A DNA stretch of 42,055 nt from a virus (taxonomy: Duplodnaviria; Caudoviricetes): the IMG/VR virus record IMGVR_UViG_3300020120_000284, positions 1 to 42,055 of that record. The stretch is one strand, 5' to 3'. The notes under the pieces are model-generated. The model ran no database searches. It worked only from the letters and a program-made list of their open reading frames with translations, and was not told where the DNA came from. Within the stretch, counting starts at the first letter, position 1; each line of letters starts with the position of its first letter. Both the position numbers and the translations under genes were made by a program. Shown here in pieces: positions 9,494 to 18,589 of the stretch.

Positions 9494-10526
9494 CCTGTTC
9501 GAGGTGATCCGGCGGAACCGGTCCGAGGCCATCAATCTGTCGACCACGCTGGGCCAGCAAAAGCTGTTGAAGCTGTTGGGGAAGGCCGAGGCCGACCTGA
9601 CGAGACGGCTCAACATCGTGGGGCGAGCTCGAGGACCGTCGTGGCAGGCCGAGACCTTCACGACCGAGCACATGCGCGTCACGCTCGGCCAGATCCGCGA
9701 GGTGACGCGTGGCCTTACCCACGGACTTGGCCGGCTGGTGTTGGCCCAGGGCGACCGGGCGGTCGACCAATCGACTGAACATCTGGTCGACTACCTGGGG
9801 CGGGCCGAGCGAAAGTTCCGGGGCGTGGGGGCTCGGACGTTGAAGCTGAAGGAAGCGGCCATTTTGGATCAGGCGACCAGCGGGACCGAATCGACGGTTC
9901 TGCGGCGACTCATGAGCTCGGATGCCGACGAAGACCAGCCCAAAAAGATGGGGATCCTCGATCGCTATGGTGTCGAAACGGTCGGTGCGTTCGAACAACA
10001 GATGCAGGTCGGTATGTTGGCGGAGCGGCCATGGGCAGAGGTCCGGGATTCGTTGGTCGAGGAGTCGCCGTTTCTCCAGGGGTCGCCGAGGTTCTGGGCG
10101 GAGCGCATCGTCCGGACCGAATCGATGCACGCGTGGAATCACGCGTCGTGGCAGGGCATGAGGGCGGCGGACCAGCAGCTCGGCGACATGGTCAAGATCT
10201 TAAGCTCGGTGTTTGACGACCGAACGGCCGCCGACAGCTACGCCGAACACGGTCAGATCCGCCGGGTCGAGGAACCGTTCGCCACCTGGTACGGCCTCAT
10301 GATGCATCCGCCGGACCGACCCAACGATCGCGCCGTCGTCATTCCACACCGAATTTCCTGGCCCATTCCAGCGTCGCTGACGTGGCGAAGCGGTGAAGAA
10401 ATCTCCGCGCGGTGGGCGTACGAGGGCCGGAAGGGATCACCACCACCGCGACCGTCCCCCATGACGACCGTGCCGTTGGGTCAATTCGGGCAGGTTGCCG
10501 GTCCCGCGCCGGACGCGGCAGACTAG
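9480..10526 (+). CDS. Minor head protein, Mu gpF/SPP1 gp7-like
   Basis: AERIVRTES, DDRT and HPPDRPNDR (variant of PP.HPNCR); follows portal. Confidence 0.8.
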   Translation: MRKDDLFEVIRRNRSEAINLSTTLGQQKLLKLLGKAEADLTRRLNIVGRARGPSWQAETFTTEHMRVTLGQIREVTRGLTHGLGRLVLAQGDRAVDQSTEHLVDYLGRAERKFRGVGARTLKLKEAAILDQATSGTESTVLRRLMSSDADEDQPKKMGILDRYGVETVGAFEQQMQVGMLAERPWAEVRDSLVEESPFLQGSPRFWAERIVRTESMHAWNHASWQGMRAADQQLGDMVKILSSVFDDRTAADSYAEHGQIRRVEEPFATWYGLMMHPPDRPNDRAVVIPHRISWPIPASLTWRSGEEISARWAYEGRKGSPPPRPSPMTTVPLGQFGQVAGPAPDAAD

Positions 10527-10529
10527 CGC

Positions 10530-10745
10530 ATGGGCAAGCCCTTCAAGCTCCGCGACAACGGCACCGGAAACCTCAGGACCCACCAGGGCAAGTACGCGCA
10601 GTCGGGCGTACCGGTTCAGAAGCTCGCGGCCGACTACCGAAACGGCACGCCCGTCCCGCTCGACAGCGACAGCGGTGCCGCAGGCGACGTGCCCAACGCC
10701 TATGGACCGGCCCCGGTCGTGAAGAAGCCGTTCAAGTCTGGTTGA
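10530..10745 (+). CDS. Small disordered protein with KPF motifs
   Basis: MGKPFKL...VKKPFKSG. Confidence 0.55.
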   Translation: MGKPFKLRDNGTGNLRTHQGKYAQSGVPVQKLAADYRNGTPVPLDSDSGAAGDVPNAYGPAPVVKKPFKSG

Positions 10746-10777
10746 ACCTCGCGCGGCCGTGCGACAGACTGCCCGTC

Positions 10778-11143
10778 ATGGCTGACAGCGAAGGCAAAAG
10801 GCTCGGCGACGGGGCGACCAGCCCGTTCGGCGACGGTAAGGGAGCGACAGCGACCATGGGATCTTCAAGCGGCGGCAACGACTTCACCAAGAATCCCCAG
10901 GGCAACGGCTCGAAGGACGGCGGCAACGACTTCACCAAGAACCCGGCGGGAAACTCGGCGAAGAGTGGCGGCCGAGACTTCTCGAAGGAAGCCAACCAGA
11001 CCCAGAAGAGCAGCGAGGCCCCCGACCTCAACCCCGACGGCCGTCCGGCCGAACGGATCCTCAAGGCCGACCCGAAGCCCGGTTACCCGGACGTCGGCAC
11101 CGGCTCCATGGGGAACAGCAAAAAGCCGTTCCGCCTGAAGTAA
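10778..11143 (+). CDS. Small disordered repeat protein
   Basis: GGNDFTKNP x2 plus GGRDFSK; ends KKPFRLK. Confidence 0.65.
   Translation: MADSEGKRLGDGATSPFGDGKGATATMGSSSGGNDFTKNPQGNGSKDGGNDFTKNPAGNSAKSGGRDFSKEANQTQKSSEAPDLNPDGRPAERILKADPKPGYPDVGTGSMGNSKKPFRLK
10871..10989 (+). repeat. 48-nt-period coding tandem repeat (3 units)
   Basis: GGCGGCAACGACTTCACCAAGAA at 10871 and 10919; degenerate copy at 10967. Confidence 0.85.
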
Positions 11144-11153
11144 GGGGTTCCCG

Positions 11154-11567
11154 ATGGGAAACCTCGTTCTCGACGGTAGCCTGACGCTTGGCCCAGCCAC
11201 GCAGTCAGATGGATCGTTTCCGGCCGCCACCGTCAACGAGCCGCTGTTCTCGACGCCCAACCCCAAGCTGTTCAACGCGGCCACTGGGATCGTGCCGCGT
11301 CAGCTCAACAGTCCGGGGTCGTACCAGGCGCTCTCGGGTGCGGGCGCGACCGACACGGTGGCCAAGGGCGACACCCTGTATTTCAAGACCAACGCCCCGA
11401 TTCTGGTGCGCGCGACCTTCGCGGACCCCGGGGGCGGCGGTGATATCGTGTCGATCGTGCCGGTCTACGGGACCGTTCTGATCGAGCTCAACCCCCTCGG
11501 TTACCTCAAGCTGTTGGAGGCCAAGGGAGTCGCGACGATCGTCTACATGGTAGCGGGTCAATCGTAA
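11154..11567 (+). CDS. Putative head-associated protein
   Basis: 137-aa ORF in head cluster; ends VAGQS*. Confidence 0.6.
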   Translation: MGNLVLDGSLTLGPATQSDGSFPAATVNEPLFSTPNPKLFNAATGIVPRQLNSPGSYQALSGAGATDTVAKGDTLYFKTNAPILVRATFADPGGGGDIVSIVPVYGTVLIELNPLGYLKLLEAKGVATIVYMVAGQS

Positions 11568-11581
11568 GCTAAACTATCGGC

Positions 11582-12130
11582 GTGACGGACGCTGAGACTA
11601 AAAAAGCACGAGCTCGAGAACGATATCGCCGATATCGGGAGCGACACCGCGGACAGGTGAAAACCGAAGCCCAAAAGGAACAAAAACGAGCGGCAGATCT
11701 TCGGTACCAAGAACGAGATCCAGAGCGGACGCGCATCCAACGACGTGCAGCTCGGCGGCGGTACGCAGAGAAACACAGAGAAGAACGGTTGGCTAAGCTT
11801 CGGGAATACGCCAGGTATCTCTACAGTACTCCGGAAGGTCGTGAAAAAAAGCTACGGTACAACCGAATTTGCCGAATGAAAAGCATTTACGGGTTTACAC
11901 AAGAGGATATCGAGATCTTCAATTCCCGAAACGCCTGTGCCATTTGTGGGAACGGATTCACATCAACTCGCGACAAGCATATTGATCACGACCACAAGCG
12001 AGGTCAGACGGCAGTTCGGGGCATCTTGTGCCGAAGGTGTAACAACTCCCTAGCCGCGTTTGATGGGCCGGAACTTATCGCAAAGTTGAATGCTTATTTG
12101 GCGGCTCCACTCGGAAGTTGGAAGCAATAG
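11582..12130 (+). CDS. Endonuclease VII-like homing endonuclease
   Basis: CAICG..HIDHDH..VRGILCRRCN; Arg-rich helical N-terminus; lower GC. Confidence 0.85.
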   Translation: MTDAETKKARARERYRRYRERHRGQVKTEAQKEQKRAADLRYQERDPERTRIQRRAARRRYAEKHREERLAKLREYARYLYSTPEGREKKLRYNRICRMKSIYGFTQEDIEIFNSRNACAICGNGFTSTRDKHIDHDHKRGQTAVRGILCRRCNNSLAAFDGPELIAKLNAYLAAPLGSWKQ

Positions 12131-12206
12131 GGGTGAGCGGTCAGTCTTAGCGACTTGCTCGGCTTCGAAACGTGAGAGAAGCTACGGACACCCAAGGAGC
12201 GAGACG

Positions 12207-12896
12207 ATGACCACCCTGAAAGACCTTCTGAACCGTGCGAACGCCAACGAGCTGACCAACATGTTTCAGTCGATGAGGCTCGGCGACTACGTGCGTTCGA
12301 GCATCACTCGTCTCTGGCGCAAGGCCGCGAAGACTCCATCCCCGCTCGACCAAATCGCCGCGGTCCAAACGATCAAACTGCCGAACGACGCCAAGGCCTG
12401 CACCATCCTGCGGGCATACGCGCAGGCCGGTACCGGCACCAAGGGCGAGCTCGTGGTCGACGGCCCCATGACGACCGCAACGGCCGCCGGCCACGTCGGC
12501 GTGACGGCCGCGGGCGACATTTCGTTCGCCTCGGCTGACGCCTGGACCGCCGTGGACGTCTCGTACGTTCCGGAAGAGGTCGAAGTCGTGACCCAACAGT
12601 TCCCGTTGGACCCGGCGGTCGGCGACATCGCGTTGCCGGCCAAGTGGTCGGGCCGAACGGTCCTGCTGATGCGCGCGACCCTCGACGCCGGGACCGTCAC
12701 GGGTGAAGGCAAGGTCATCCAGCCGGGTGCCCGCACCGCCACGACCCTCCAGTGCAACCTGAACCTCGCGAAGAACACCGTGCAGTTCCTGGTGGCGGAC
12801 GCCGTCTCGATGGCGACCCTCACGCTCGGCCTGTTGCCGTTGGCCGCGACCGACCGCGACACGCTGCTCGAGGCTTCCGGTAGCCCCCTGATCTAG
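12207..12896 (+). CDS. Putative head decoration/structural protein
   Basis: AAGGAG RBS, ATG 12207; upstream of scaffold. Confidence 0.55.
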   Translation: MTTLKDLLNRANANELTNMFQSMRLGDYVRSSITRLWRKAAKTPSPLDQIAAVQTIKLPNDAKACTILRAYAQAGTGTKGELVVDGPMTTATAAGHVGVTAAGDISFASADAWTAVDVSYVPEEVEVVTQQFPLDPAVGDIALPAKWSGRTVLLMRATLDAGTVTGEGKVIQPGARTATTLQCNLNLAKNTVQFLVADAVSMATLTLGLLPLAATDRDTLLEASGSPLI

Positions 12897-12927
12897 TCGT
12901 CAATCGCTTCCAAACCTAACGTCGTGG

Positions 12928-12962
12928 AACGCCTGGCCTTGCGGCCGGGCGTTTTGCGTTTC
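12928..12962 (+). terminator. Rho-independent terminator-like hairpin
   Basis: AACGCCTGGCC-TTGC-GGCCGGGCGTT followed by TTGCGTTT. Confidence 0.55.
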
Positions 12963-12987
12963 AAAGCCCAGGGGATGGAGGCAACAC

Positions 12988-13899
12988 ATGGCTGACGAAA
13001 AAGTCGAGAAGGTCGAGGACAAGGCGGGCGAGGGCGGCGCAGCTGCGGCCGGTAAAGTAGAGGCCGGGGCCGGCGGCGGTGGAGCCCAAGCGGGGAAGGC
13101 TGCGGCTGGTGAGGGCGGGAAGGCTGCGGCCGGCGAGGCCGGCAAAGCGGCTGCTGGTGCCAAAACCAAAGACGAGGACGCTTCGTCCGAACCGTCGACC
13201 GACGACGCCGGCATGATCAAGGCGATGCCGAAGAAGAAGTTCATGGAGCGGTTGGTCCGCATGACCAACAAGGAACTCCGGTCGATGTTCGGTACGACCG
13301 ATGTCGACAAGATCCTGGAGGAGCGCAAGGAGCTCGAGACTCTTCGCAAAGAGAAGGCCGAGTCCACCAAGAAGGCGGACGAGGAACGTCGCGCCAAGAT
13401 GGCGGAGGAAGAGCGGCTCAAGGAGGACAAGCAGAAGCTCGAGAAGGAGCGGGACGAGCTGCGCGCGGCCCTCGCCGAGAAGGACGAGGAACGCCTCGCC
13501 GACAAGCAGGGCGATTACCTTCGGGAGCTGGCGGACCAGATCCTGACGCCCAAGGGTCGGAAGTATGGGCTCATGGAGTTCAAGCAGTACATCCGAAGCC
13601 TCTCGAACCGGAAGGTCGAGAAGATGACGGAAAAGGACGTGACCGGGTGGTTCGCCGACTACGCCCGAGAGAACCCGGAGTTCGCGATCAAGACCGAGAC
13701 GGCCGAGGAAAAGACCGCACGCGAGGCCACCGAGAAGAAGGCGGCGGACGCCGCCAAGGCGAAGGTCAAGGTCGACACCGCCCCCAAGAAGGCGGGTCAA
13801 CCGGTCGTGAAGAGCGGGGCCGCGCCCGACAAGAAACCGATGGACATGACGAAGGCGGAGTTCGCCGCCTACAAGGCCCAGCGAGGCCTTTCGTTCTAG
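12988..13899 (+). CDS. Capsid scaffolding protein
   Basis: GGAGG RBS; G/A-rich N-terminal repeats, charged coiled coil, DMTKAEFAAYK C-terminus; directly upstream of capsid gene. Confidence 0.75.
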   Translation: MADEKVEKVEDKAGEGGAAAAGKVEAGAGGGGAQAGKAAAGEGGKAAAGEAGKAAAGAKTKDEDASSEPSTDDAGMIKAMPKKKFMERLVRMTNKELRSMFGTTDVDKILEERKELETLRKEKAESTKKADEERRAKMAEEERLKEDKQKLEKERDELRAALAEKDEERLADKQGDYLRELADQILTPKGRKYGLMEFKQYIRSLSNRKVEKMTEKDVTGWFADYARENPEFAIKTETAEEKTAREATEKKAADAAKAKVKVDTAPKKAGQPVVKSGAAPDKKPMDMTKAEFAAYKAQRGLSF

Positions 13900-13925
13900 T
13901 CGTCAGGCCGAGGACGAGGGTGGTG

Positions 13926-13953
13926 GGCCGGGTTGCCGAGAGGTCACCCGGCC
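13926..13953 (+). terminator. GC-rich hairpin after scaffold gene
   Basis: GGCCGGGT...ACCCGGCC. Confidence 0.4.
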
Positions 13954-14121
13954 TTCGCCTATTTGCACCCCCATTTTTCGCGTGACAGCATTTCCACTGA
14001 CACGAAGGCGAAACGGCAACCCCCAATACGCGACGACGGCGGTTAACAGTCGGACCGGGGTGTGGCTGCGTAGCTCAGGCGACTGACTCGCAAACCAGCA
14101 ACACGACGGAGCTCGACCCCC

Positions 14122-15528
14122 ATGCCTTTCGGCGGAATCGTTTCACCCCTTCCGGACGGGATTACCAACCTGGTCCAAGAAGGACTGCTCGAGAGGGCGT
14201 TTCACGACGGCCTCTACCCCAGTCTCCAGTACCGCAGCGAAGCCATTTTCCAGAAGTGGGATGGTAACACCGGTACCGAGATCCTGATGACTCGTCCCGG
14301 GCTGTTGGCCCCGACGGTCAAGCCGTTGGTCGCGGGCCAAGACCCCGTGGTCCAAGCCGTCACGTACGAGCAGTGGTTGGCCCGGTTGGACCAATACGGC
14401 AACAGCGTCAACACCCACATGCCGACCAGCGCGGTCACGATGGCCGACATTTTCACCCGCAACATCCACCAGCTGGGGTTGCAGGCCGGCCAGACGATCA
14501 ACCGGATCAGCCGAAACAACCTGTTCAAGCCGTACCTCTCGGGTTCCACCAACCTGATTGCCGCGACCCTTGCGGCCGACACCACGATCCGCGTGGCCGC
14601 GATCAACGGGTTCACCAGTGTCGTGGGTTCGACCAATTCGCAGGTCCGCCCCGTGCCCGTGAGCTCGGCCAACCCCTTGAGCATCACGATCAAGGCGACG
14701 GCCGGCGACGTCACCAAGAACGTCATCGGGTTCAGCCCCGACGACCCGGCCGATCCGTTCGGACCCGGCACCCTCACGTTGTCGGCGACGGTCGGCAGCA
14801 TCATCGCGAGCCGAACGCCCGTGCTGTCGAGCATCCGTCCGAAAATCCTCCGCAGCGGCGGTGGTGATTCGGTCGACGCGCTCAGCACGTCCGACACCTT
14901 CACCCTCCAGGACTGCATCAATGCGGCCGGTGAGCTCCGCAAGCGCAACGTCCCGCCCCACGAGGACGGTTTCTACCACGCGCACATCGGTGCCATCTCC
15001 AACACCCAGGTCTACCAAGACCCCGTGTTCCAACGGCTCAACCAGTCGTTGCCCGAACACGTCACGTACAAAGAGGGGTTCATCGGAACGATCTCCGGCG
15101 TCATGTTCTTCATGAACACGGAGTCGCCTGACAACACCAACGTCGGGGCGCTGGTTTCTACCGGCACCAACCCGGTGTACGGGACCGACATCGGTGCCGA
15201 GGTCGTGAACAACAACGGCGTTCTGGTCGGCCGCATTCTCGTGACGGGCAAGGCCTGCCTCTACGAGCTCGGACTCGACGAGTCCCAGTACGTCAGCGAA
15301 GCGGGCGTCACGGGCAAGATCGGGGAGTTCGACGTCGTCAACAACGGCATGTCGATCTCGACCGAGCGAGTCCGCCTGATCCTCAGGGCACCGATCAACG
15401 CGCTGCAGGACATCGTGACGGCCTCCTGGACCATCACGGCCGGTTGGCCAGTGCCGACCGACATCACGGGGCCTGGCGGTCCAGAGCTCTTTAAGAGAGC
15501 ACTGGTGATCGAACACGCATTGGGGTAA
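14122..15528 (+). CDS. Major capsid protein
   Basis: 468 aa after scaffold; LDQYGN, LGLQAGQTIN, ELRKRNVP..DGFYHAHI, GFIGTISGVMF patterns. Confidence 0.8.
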   Translation: MPFGGIVSPLPDGITNLVQEGLLERAFHDGLYPSLQYRSEAIFQKWDGNTGTEILMTRPGLLAPTVKPLVAGQDPVVQAVTYEQWLARLDQYGNSVNTHMPTSAVTMADIFTRNIHQLGLQAGQTINRISRNNLFKPYLSGSTNLIAATLAADTTIRVAAINGFTSVVGSTNSQVRPVPVSSANPLSITIKATAGDVTKNVIGFSPDDPADPFGPGTLTLSATVGSIIASRTPVLSSIRPKILRSGGGDSVDALSTSDTFTLQDCINAAGELRKRNVPPHEDGFYHAHIGAISNTQVYQDPVFQRLNQSLPEHVTYKEGFIGTISGVMFFMNTESPDNTNVGALVSTGTNPVYGTDIGAEVVNNNGVLVGRILVTGKACLYELGLDESQYVSEAGVTGKIGEFDVVNNGMSISTERVRLILRAPINALQDIVTASWTITAGWPVPTDITGPGGPELFKRALVIEHALG

Positions 15529-15689
15529 TCGAGCAGGCACATCAGCAGGCCAAAGAGTCGCGCTACGCGTCCGTGAAGGCCGCCAAGGCGAGTGAACGGC
15601 GGTCCATCCGGCAGAAGTACTCGCGGGTTTAGCGGTTCCGTCTAAGTAGGCGACTTGCCCGGTGGGGTCTGGGCGACACGCTCATCCGG

Positions 15690-16226
15690 ATGAAACGGAC
15701 GCGTGTGGTCGACCGGGTGAGACGGGAAGGCGGCTTCCAGACCGACGACTACAGTTGTGGCCCTCACGCGCTCCGCCACGCCATGATCGCGCTGCGCCGC
15801 CGGGGTGAGAAGGTCCCGACGGTCGAGGAGATCGGTCAGCACGCCGGCATGACGGAGTTTGGCGCCGGTTCCCCGGGGCTCCGGAGGGTTGCCCGGAGGT
15901 TCGGGTACCGGCTGCAACACGAGCGCTACAGCGACCCCCTGGGGGCACGGCGGGCGCTGTCCAAGATTCTTGGACAGCGCATCCCCGTCATCATCGCGAT
16001 CGACCACCGCCAGCACTGGGTGACGGTGCTGGGGCGGCGGGACGGGCGGGTTGAGGTCTGCAACAGCACGTACGAGAAGAACGAGCGGACCCGCCGGCCC
16101 AACCCGCTGGTCCGCATCATGACGATCGACCGGTTGCTCTGGTGGTGGGCGGTCCCGATGGTCACGAACCTCCACCGGCAGATCTTCATCATGTACCCGG
16201 TGGTCCGGGCGGAACTCCAGTGGTAA
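15690..16226 (+). CDS. C39-like cysteine peptidase
   Basis: QTDDYSCGPHAL (Q-x5-C) and HWVTV followed by VCNS. Confidence 0.65.
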   Translation: MKRTRVVDRVRREGGFQTDDYSCGPHALRHAMIALRRRGEKVPTVEEIGQHAGMTEFGAGSPGLRRVARRFGYRLQHERYSDPLGARRALSKILGQRIPVIIAIDHRQHWVTVLGRRDGRVEVCNSTYEKNERTRRPNPLVRIMTIDRLLWWWAVPMVTNLHRQIFIMYPVVRAELQW

Positions 16227-16248
16227 AGGGGCGGAGGAGGCAACACCA

Positions 16249-16560
16249 ATGGCCAGGACGCTACCCAAGAAAGCTGACGACGTGCTCGCGATGCCGGGCG
16301 GAGCCCTGGGGGTTCCGGAGGCCAGCAAGCAAGAGCTCCCGCCGTTGATCTCGGACCAACCGCCCGTGTCGTCGGCGGTGACGGCGGCCGACGCGGCCAG
16401 GCCGAGCCCCCCGATCCAGCGGTTCCGGGTCCAGCGGGAACGCCGCATCATGCATCGTGGCTCCATGACGGTGCTGCGTGAGGGCAAGGTTTTGGACGAG
16501 CTCAACTACAACATCCAGGAACTCCGCAACCAGGGCGTAGAGCTCGTCAAAGAGCCGTAG
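16249..16560 (+). CDS. Hypothetical protein
   Basis: GGAGG RBS; 103 aa. Confidence 0.65.
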   Translation: MARTLPKKADDVLAMPGGALGVPEASKQELPPLISDQPPVSSAVTAADAARPSPPIQRFRVQRERRIMHRGSMTVLREGKVLDELNYNIQELRNQGVELVKEP

Positions 16561-16584
16561 AGACCGCGCATCGATGCGCGGTCT
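16561..16584. repeat. Palindrome copy 3 AGACCGCGCATCGATGCGCGGTCT
   Basis: Perfect 24-bp inverted repeat, followed by a second palindrome TAGCCCCCGGGGGCTA (16584-16599). Confidence 0.95.
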
Positions 16585-16609
16585 AGCCCCCGGGGGCTAA
16601 GCTACCGCC

Positions 16610-17023
16610 ATGGGATTCACGGAAGACGAGAAGGTCAGAATTAGGCACCATCTCGGATTTTTGAACGTTTCGACGGCCGCGACGTTTTCGCTCGGTACGC
16701 CCGCGAACGTCCAGACCCAGTTCATCATCGAGCCCGCGATGGACTTGGTGCCGGTGGCGGCCGAGAAGTTGGCCCGCACGCTGTTGGACCGGCTGGACGT
16801 CGTGGACTTCCAGATCTTAGACGACGCCGACACCCTCGTGGCGTCGCGCGTCGGGGCCATCGACCTCAACCCCATCGAGTTCGAGAAGATCCTCCAGCGC
16901 TACAACTACATCCGTGGGGCCTTGGCCAACCTGCTGGGAATTTTCCCGAATCCTTACGACAAACGATTTTGGAACCCAAATGGTGGTGGCGGCATGGGAA
17001 TCAACTGTCCGGTCACCAACTGA
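16610..17023 (+). CDS. Putative head-tail adaptor/head completion protein
   Basis: Helical 137-aa protein downstream of capsid; FTEDEKVRIRHHLG start. Confidence 0.55.
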   Translation: MGFTEDEKVRIRHHLGFLNVSTAATFSLGTPANVQTQFIIEPAMDLVPVAAEKLARTLLDRLDVVDFQILDDADTLVASRVGAIDLNPIEFEKILQRYNYIRGALANLLGIFPNPYDKRFWNPNGGGGMGINCPVTN

Positions 17024-17635
17024 ATGCGTGGAAAGCGGTGTCTGAAGTGTGGGGTCATCCAGCCGGTTGAACGGTTCTACAAGGCCGGCCCCACCCAGCC
17101 CCAGACATACGGGGGCATTCGGATGCCCTGTAAGGCGTGTGTTGCTGCGTGGGTCAAGACCTATAGGCCCACCTACTGTTCAAGACCCGGGGTGAAGGAA
17201 CTTTTGCGGGAGCGGGATCGCGCGAAGGTGAAGAAGAACCCTGGTGTCTACACGGCGATTCGGGAGAGGTTCGACAAGAACCACCCGAATTATGTTCGCG
17301 ACCGGTACGCCAAAGACCCTTCTGGATTCCTGTTGAGGGCGGCCGTCAGGAGGACGAGAAAAAAGAAGACTGGTGGGACCCTCACAAAGGCCGAATGGAG
17401 GGCCGTCCTAAGCATCCGGGGCCGGCGGTGCTTCTATTGCGGGCGAGAAGGTGTTCCGCTCCAGATAGAACACATGGTGCCGGTGGTGAGGGGTGGGTGT
17501 ACAGTCGTGGGGAACGTCGTGCCGGCCTGCAAACGATGCAACGCCAAAAAGGGAACCAAGACGGCCGCCGAGTTCATGGAGTCGGTCCAGTTAAAGAACT
17601 CTTCTTTGGTCTGTTGTTTTCGGCGTCGTTCGTGA
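17024..17635 (+). CDS. HNH endonuclease (McrA-like)
   Basis: CFYCG..IEHMVP..GG..GNVVPACKRCNAKK; N-terminal CxxC..CxxC. Confidence 0.85.
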   Translation: MRGKRCLKCGVIQPVERFYKAGPTQPQTYGGIRMPCKACVAAWVKTYRPTYCSRPGVKELLRERDRAKVKKNPGVYTAIRERFDKNHPNYVRDRYAKDPSGFLLRAAVRRTRKKKTGGTLTKAEWRAVLSIRGRRCFYCGREGVPLQIEHMVPVVRGGCTVVGNVVPACKRCNAKKGTKTAAEFMESVQLKNSSLVCCFRRRS

Positions 17636-17859
17636 CGGGGGCGAGCTGTGCGAAGCCCGCGCAACCACCCCCGGCGCCCCCAAAGCACGCGGCCGTTCAG
17701 ATCGCGGCGGACGCCACCGCCATGACGTGCACGGTCGACCAGGTGTCGCCCGACGACGACAACGTCGAGCTCGTCTGCACGGTGCCGGCGGACTTGTCGG
17801 CCGTCATCCGGCAGATCCTCCAACACCGCGGGGCCGTCGTGGCGCCCGCCAAGCGGTAA
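17536..17859 (+). CDS. Putative lipoprotein overlapping HNH 3' end
   Basis: KELFFGLLFSASFVTGASC signal/lipobox-like; start uncertain. Confidence 0.45.
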   Translation: MQRQKGNQDGRRVHGVGPVKELFFGLLFSASFVTGASCAKPAQPPPAPPKHAAVQIAADATAMTCTVDQVSPDDDNVELVCTVPADLSAVIRQILQHRGAVVAPAKR

Positions 17860-17864
17860 GCCAA

Positions 17865-18407
17865 ATGCCGAAGGTTCAGCCGTTACCGGCGGACCGTCTG
17901 GGCCGCACCGTGGTGGTGCGGTTGGGGCGGGTGGCCGACAAGGTCCGGCAGGTCGCGACGAACCTCGGGGCCCGGCCGTACCGCGTGTTCCTCGTGTGGA
18001 CCGTGGCGTCCGGTGAGGAGCGGGGCGAGGGCACGACCAAAGAGATCAAGCGGCTGGAGATCCTGCCGACCCCGCGGGTCAAGTCGCTCGACAACGTGAC
18101 GTTCAACCCGTACCACGCGGGCGTCTTTCCCTTGGGTGCCATCCAGGTCGACGAGGTCACGACCTCGCTGACGGAGGACGATCTCCGCGGGCTGACGGTG
18201 CCGAAAGTTGAGGACCAGATCCCCGAGCGGTTCGACTTCTACTACGAGGTCGTGGAGGACGGGCGGGCAGGGCCGGACGTGAAGGTGCGGCCGCAGTCGT
18301 ACCGGCTGTTGGGTCAGCCGTTTCTCGACGCCGAGAACGTCTCGTGGGTGTTGCGGTTGGAGCGGATCTCGGGGGACGCAGCCCCACGGGACCCCGAGGA
18401 CGATTGA
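17865..18407 (+). CDS. Putative head closure/neck protein
   Basis: Position; beta-rich; ends WVLRLER. Confidence 0.5.
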   Translation: MPKVQPLPADRLGRTVVVRLGRVADKVRQVATNLGARPYRVFLVWTVASGEERGEGTTKEIKRLEILPTPRVKSLDNVTFNPYHAGVFPLGAIQVDEVTTSLTEDDLRGLTVPKVEDQIPERFDFYYEVVEDGRAGPDVKVRPQSYRLLGQPFLDAENVSWVLRLERISGDAAPRDPEDD

Positions 18408-18589
18408 CCCCCGAGCAGATCAAGCGGCTGCTCGAGGACGTGCTCGACACCAAGGTGTTGGAAGCGTCGGTCGCGGGCGGGGTCGTGCGCGTGAAACTGG
18501 ACCTACCGGTGGACGCCGCGTTGGAGCCGTCGAAGGTAGAGGACGCGCGCGACGCGATCCCTGGGTTTCACTTGGAATTCGAGTGGTAG
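18404..18589 (+). CDS. Small hypothetical protein
   Basis: TTGA overlap, GAGGA RBS; MTPEQIKRLL. Confidence 0.55.
   Translation: MTPEQIKRLLEDVLDTKVLEASVAGGVVRVKLDLPVDAALEPSKVEDARDAIPGFHLEFEW

Noticed and set aside
13030-13165. GKAAAGE-type repeats in the scaffold
   Set aside because: Ordinary low-complexity scaffold N-terminus
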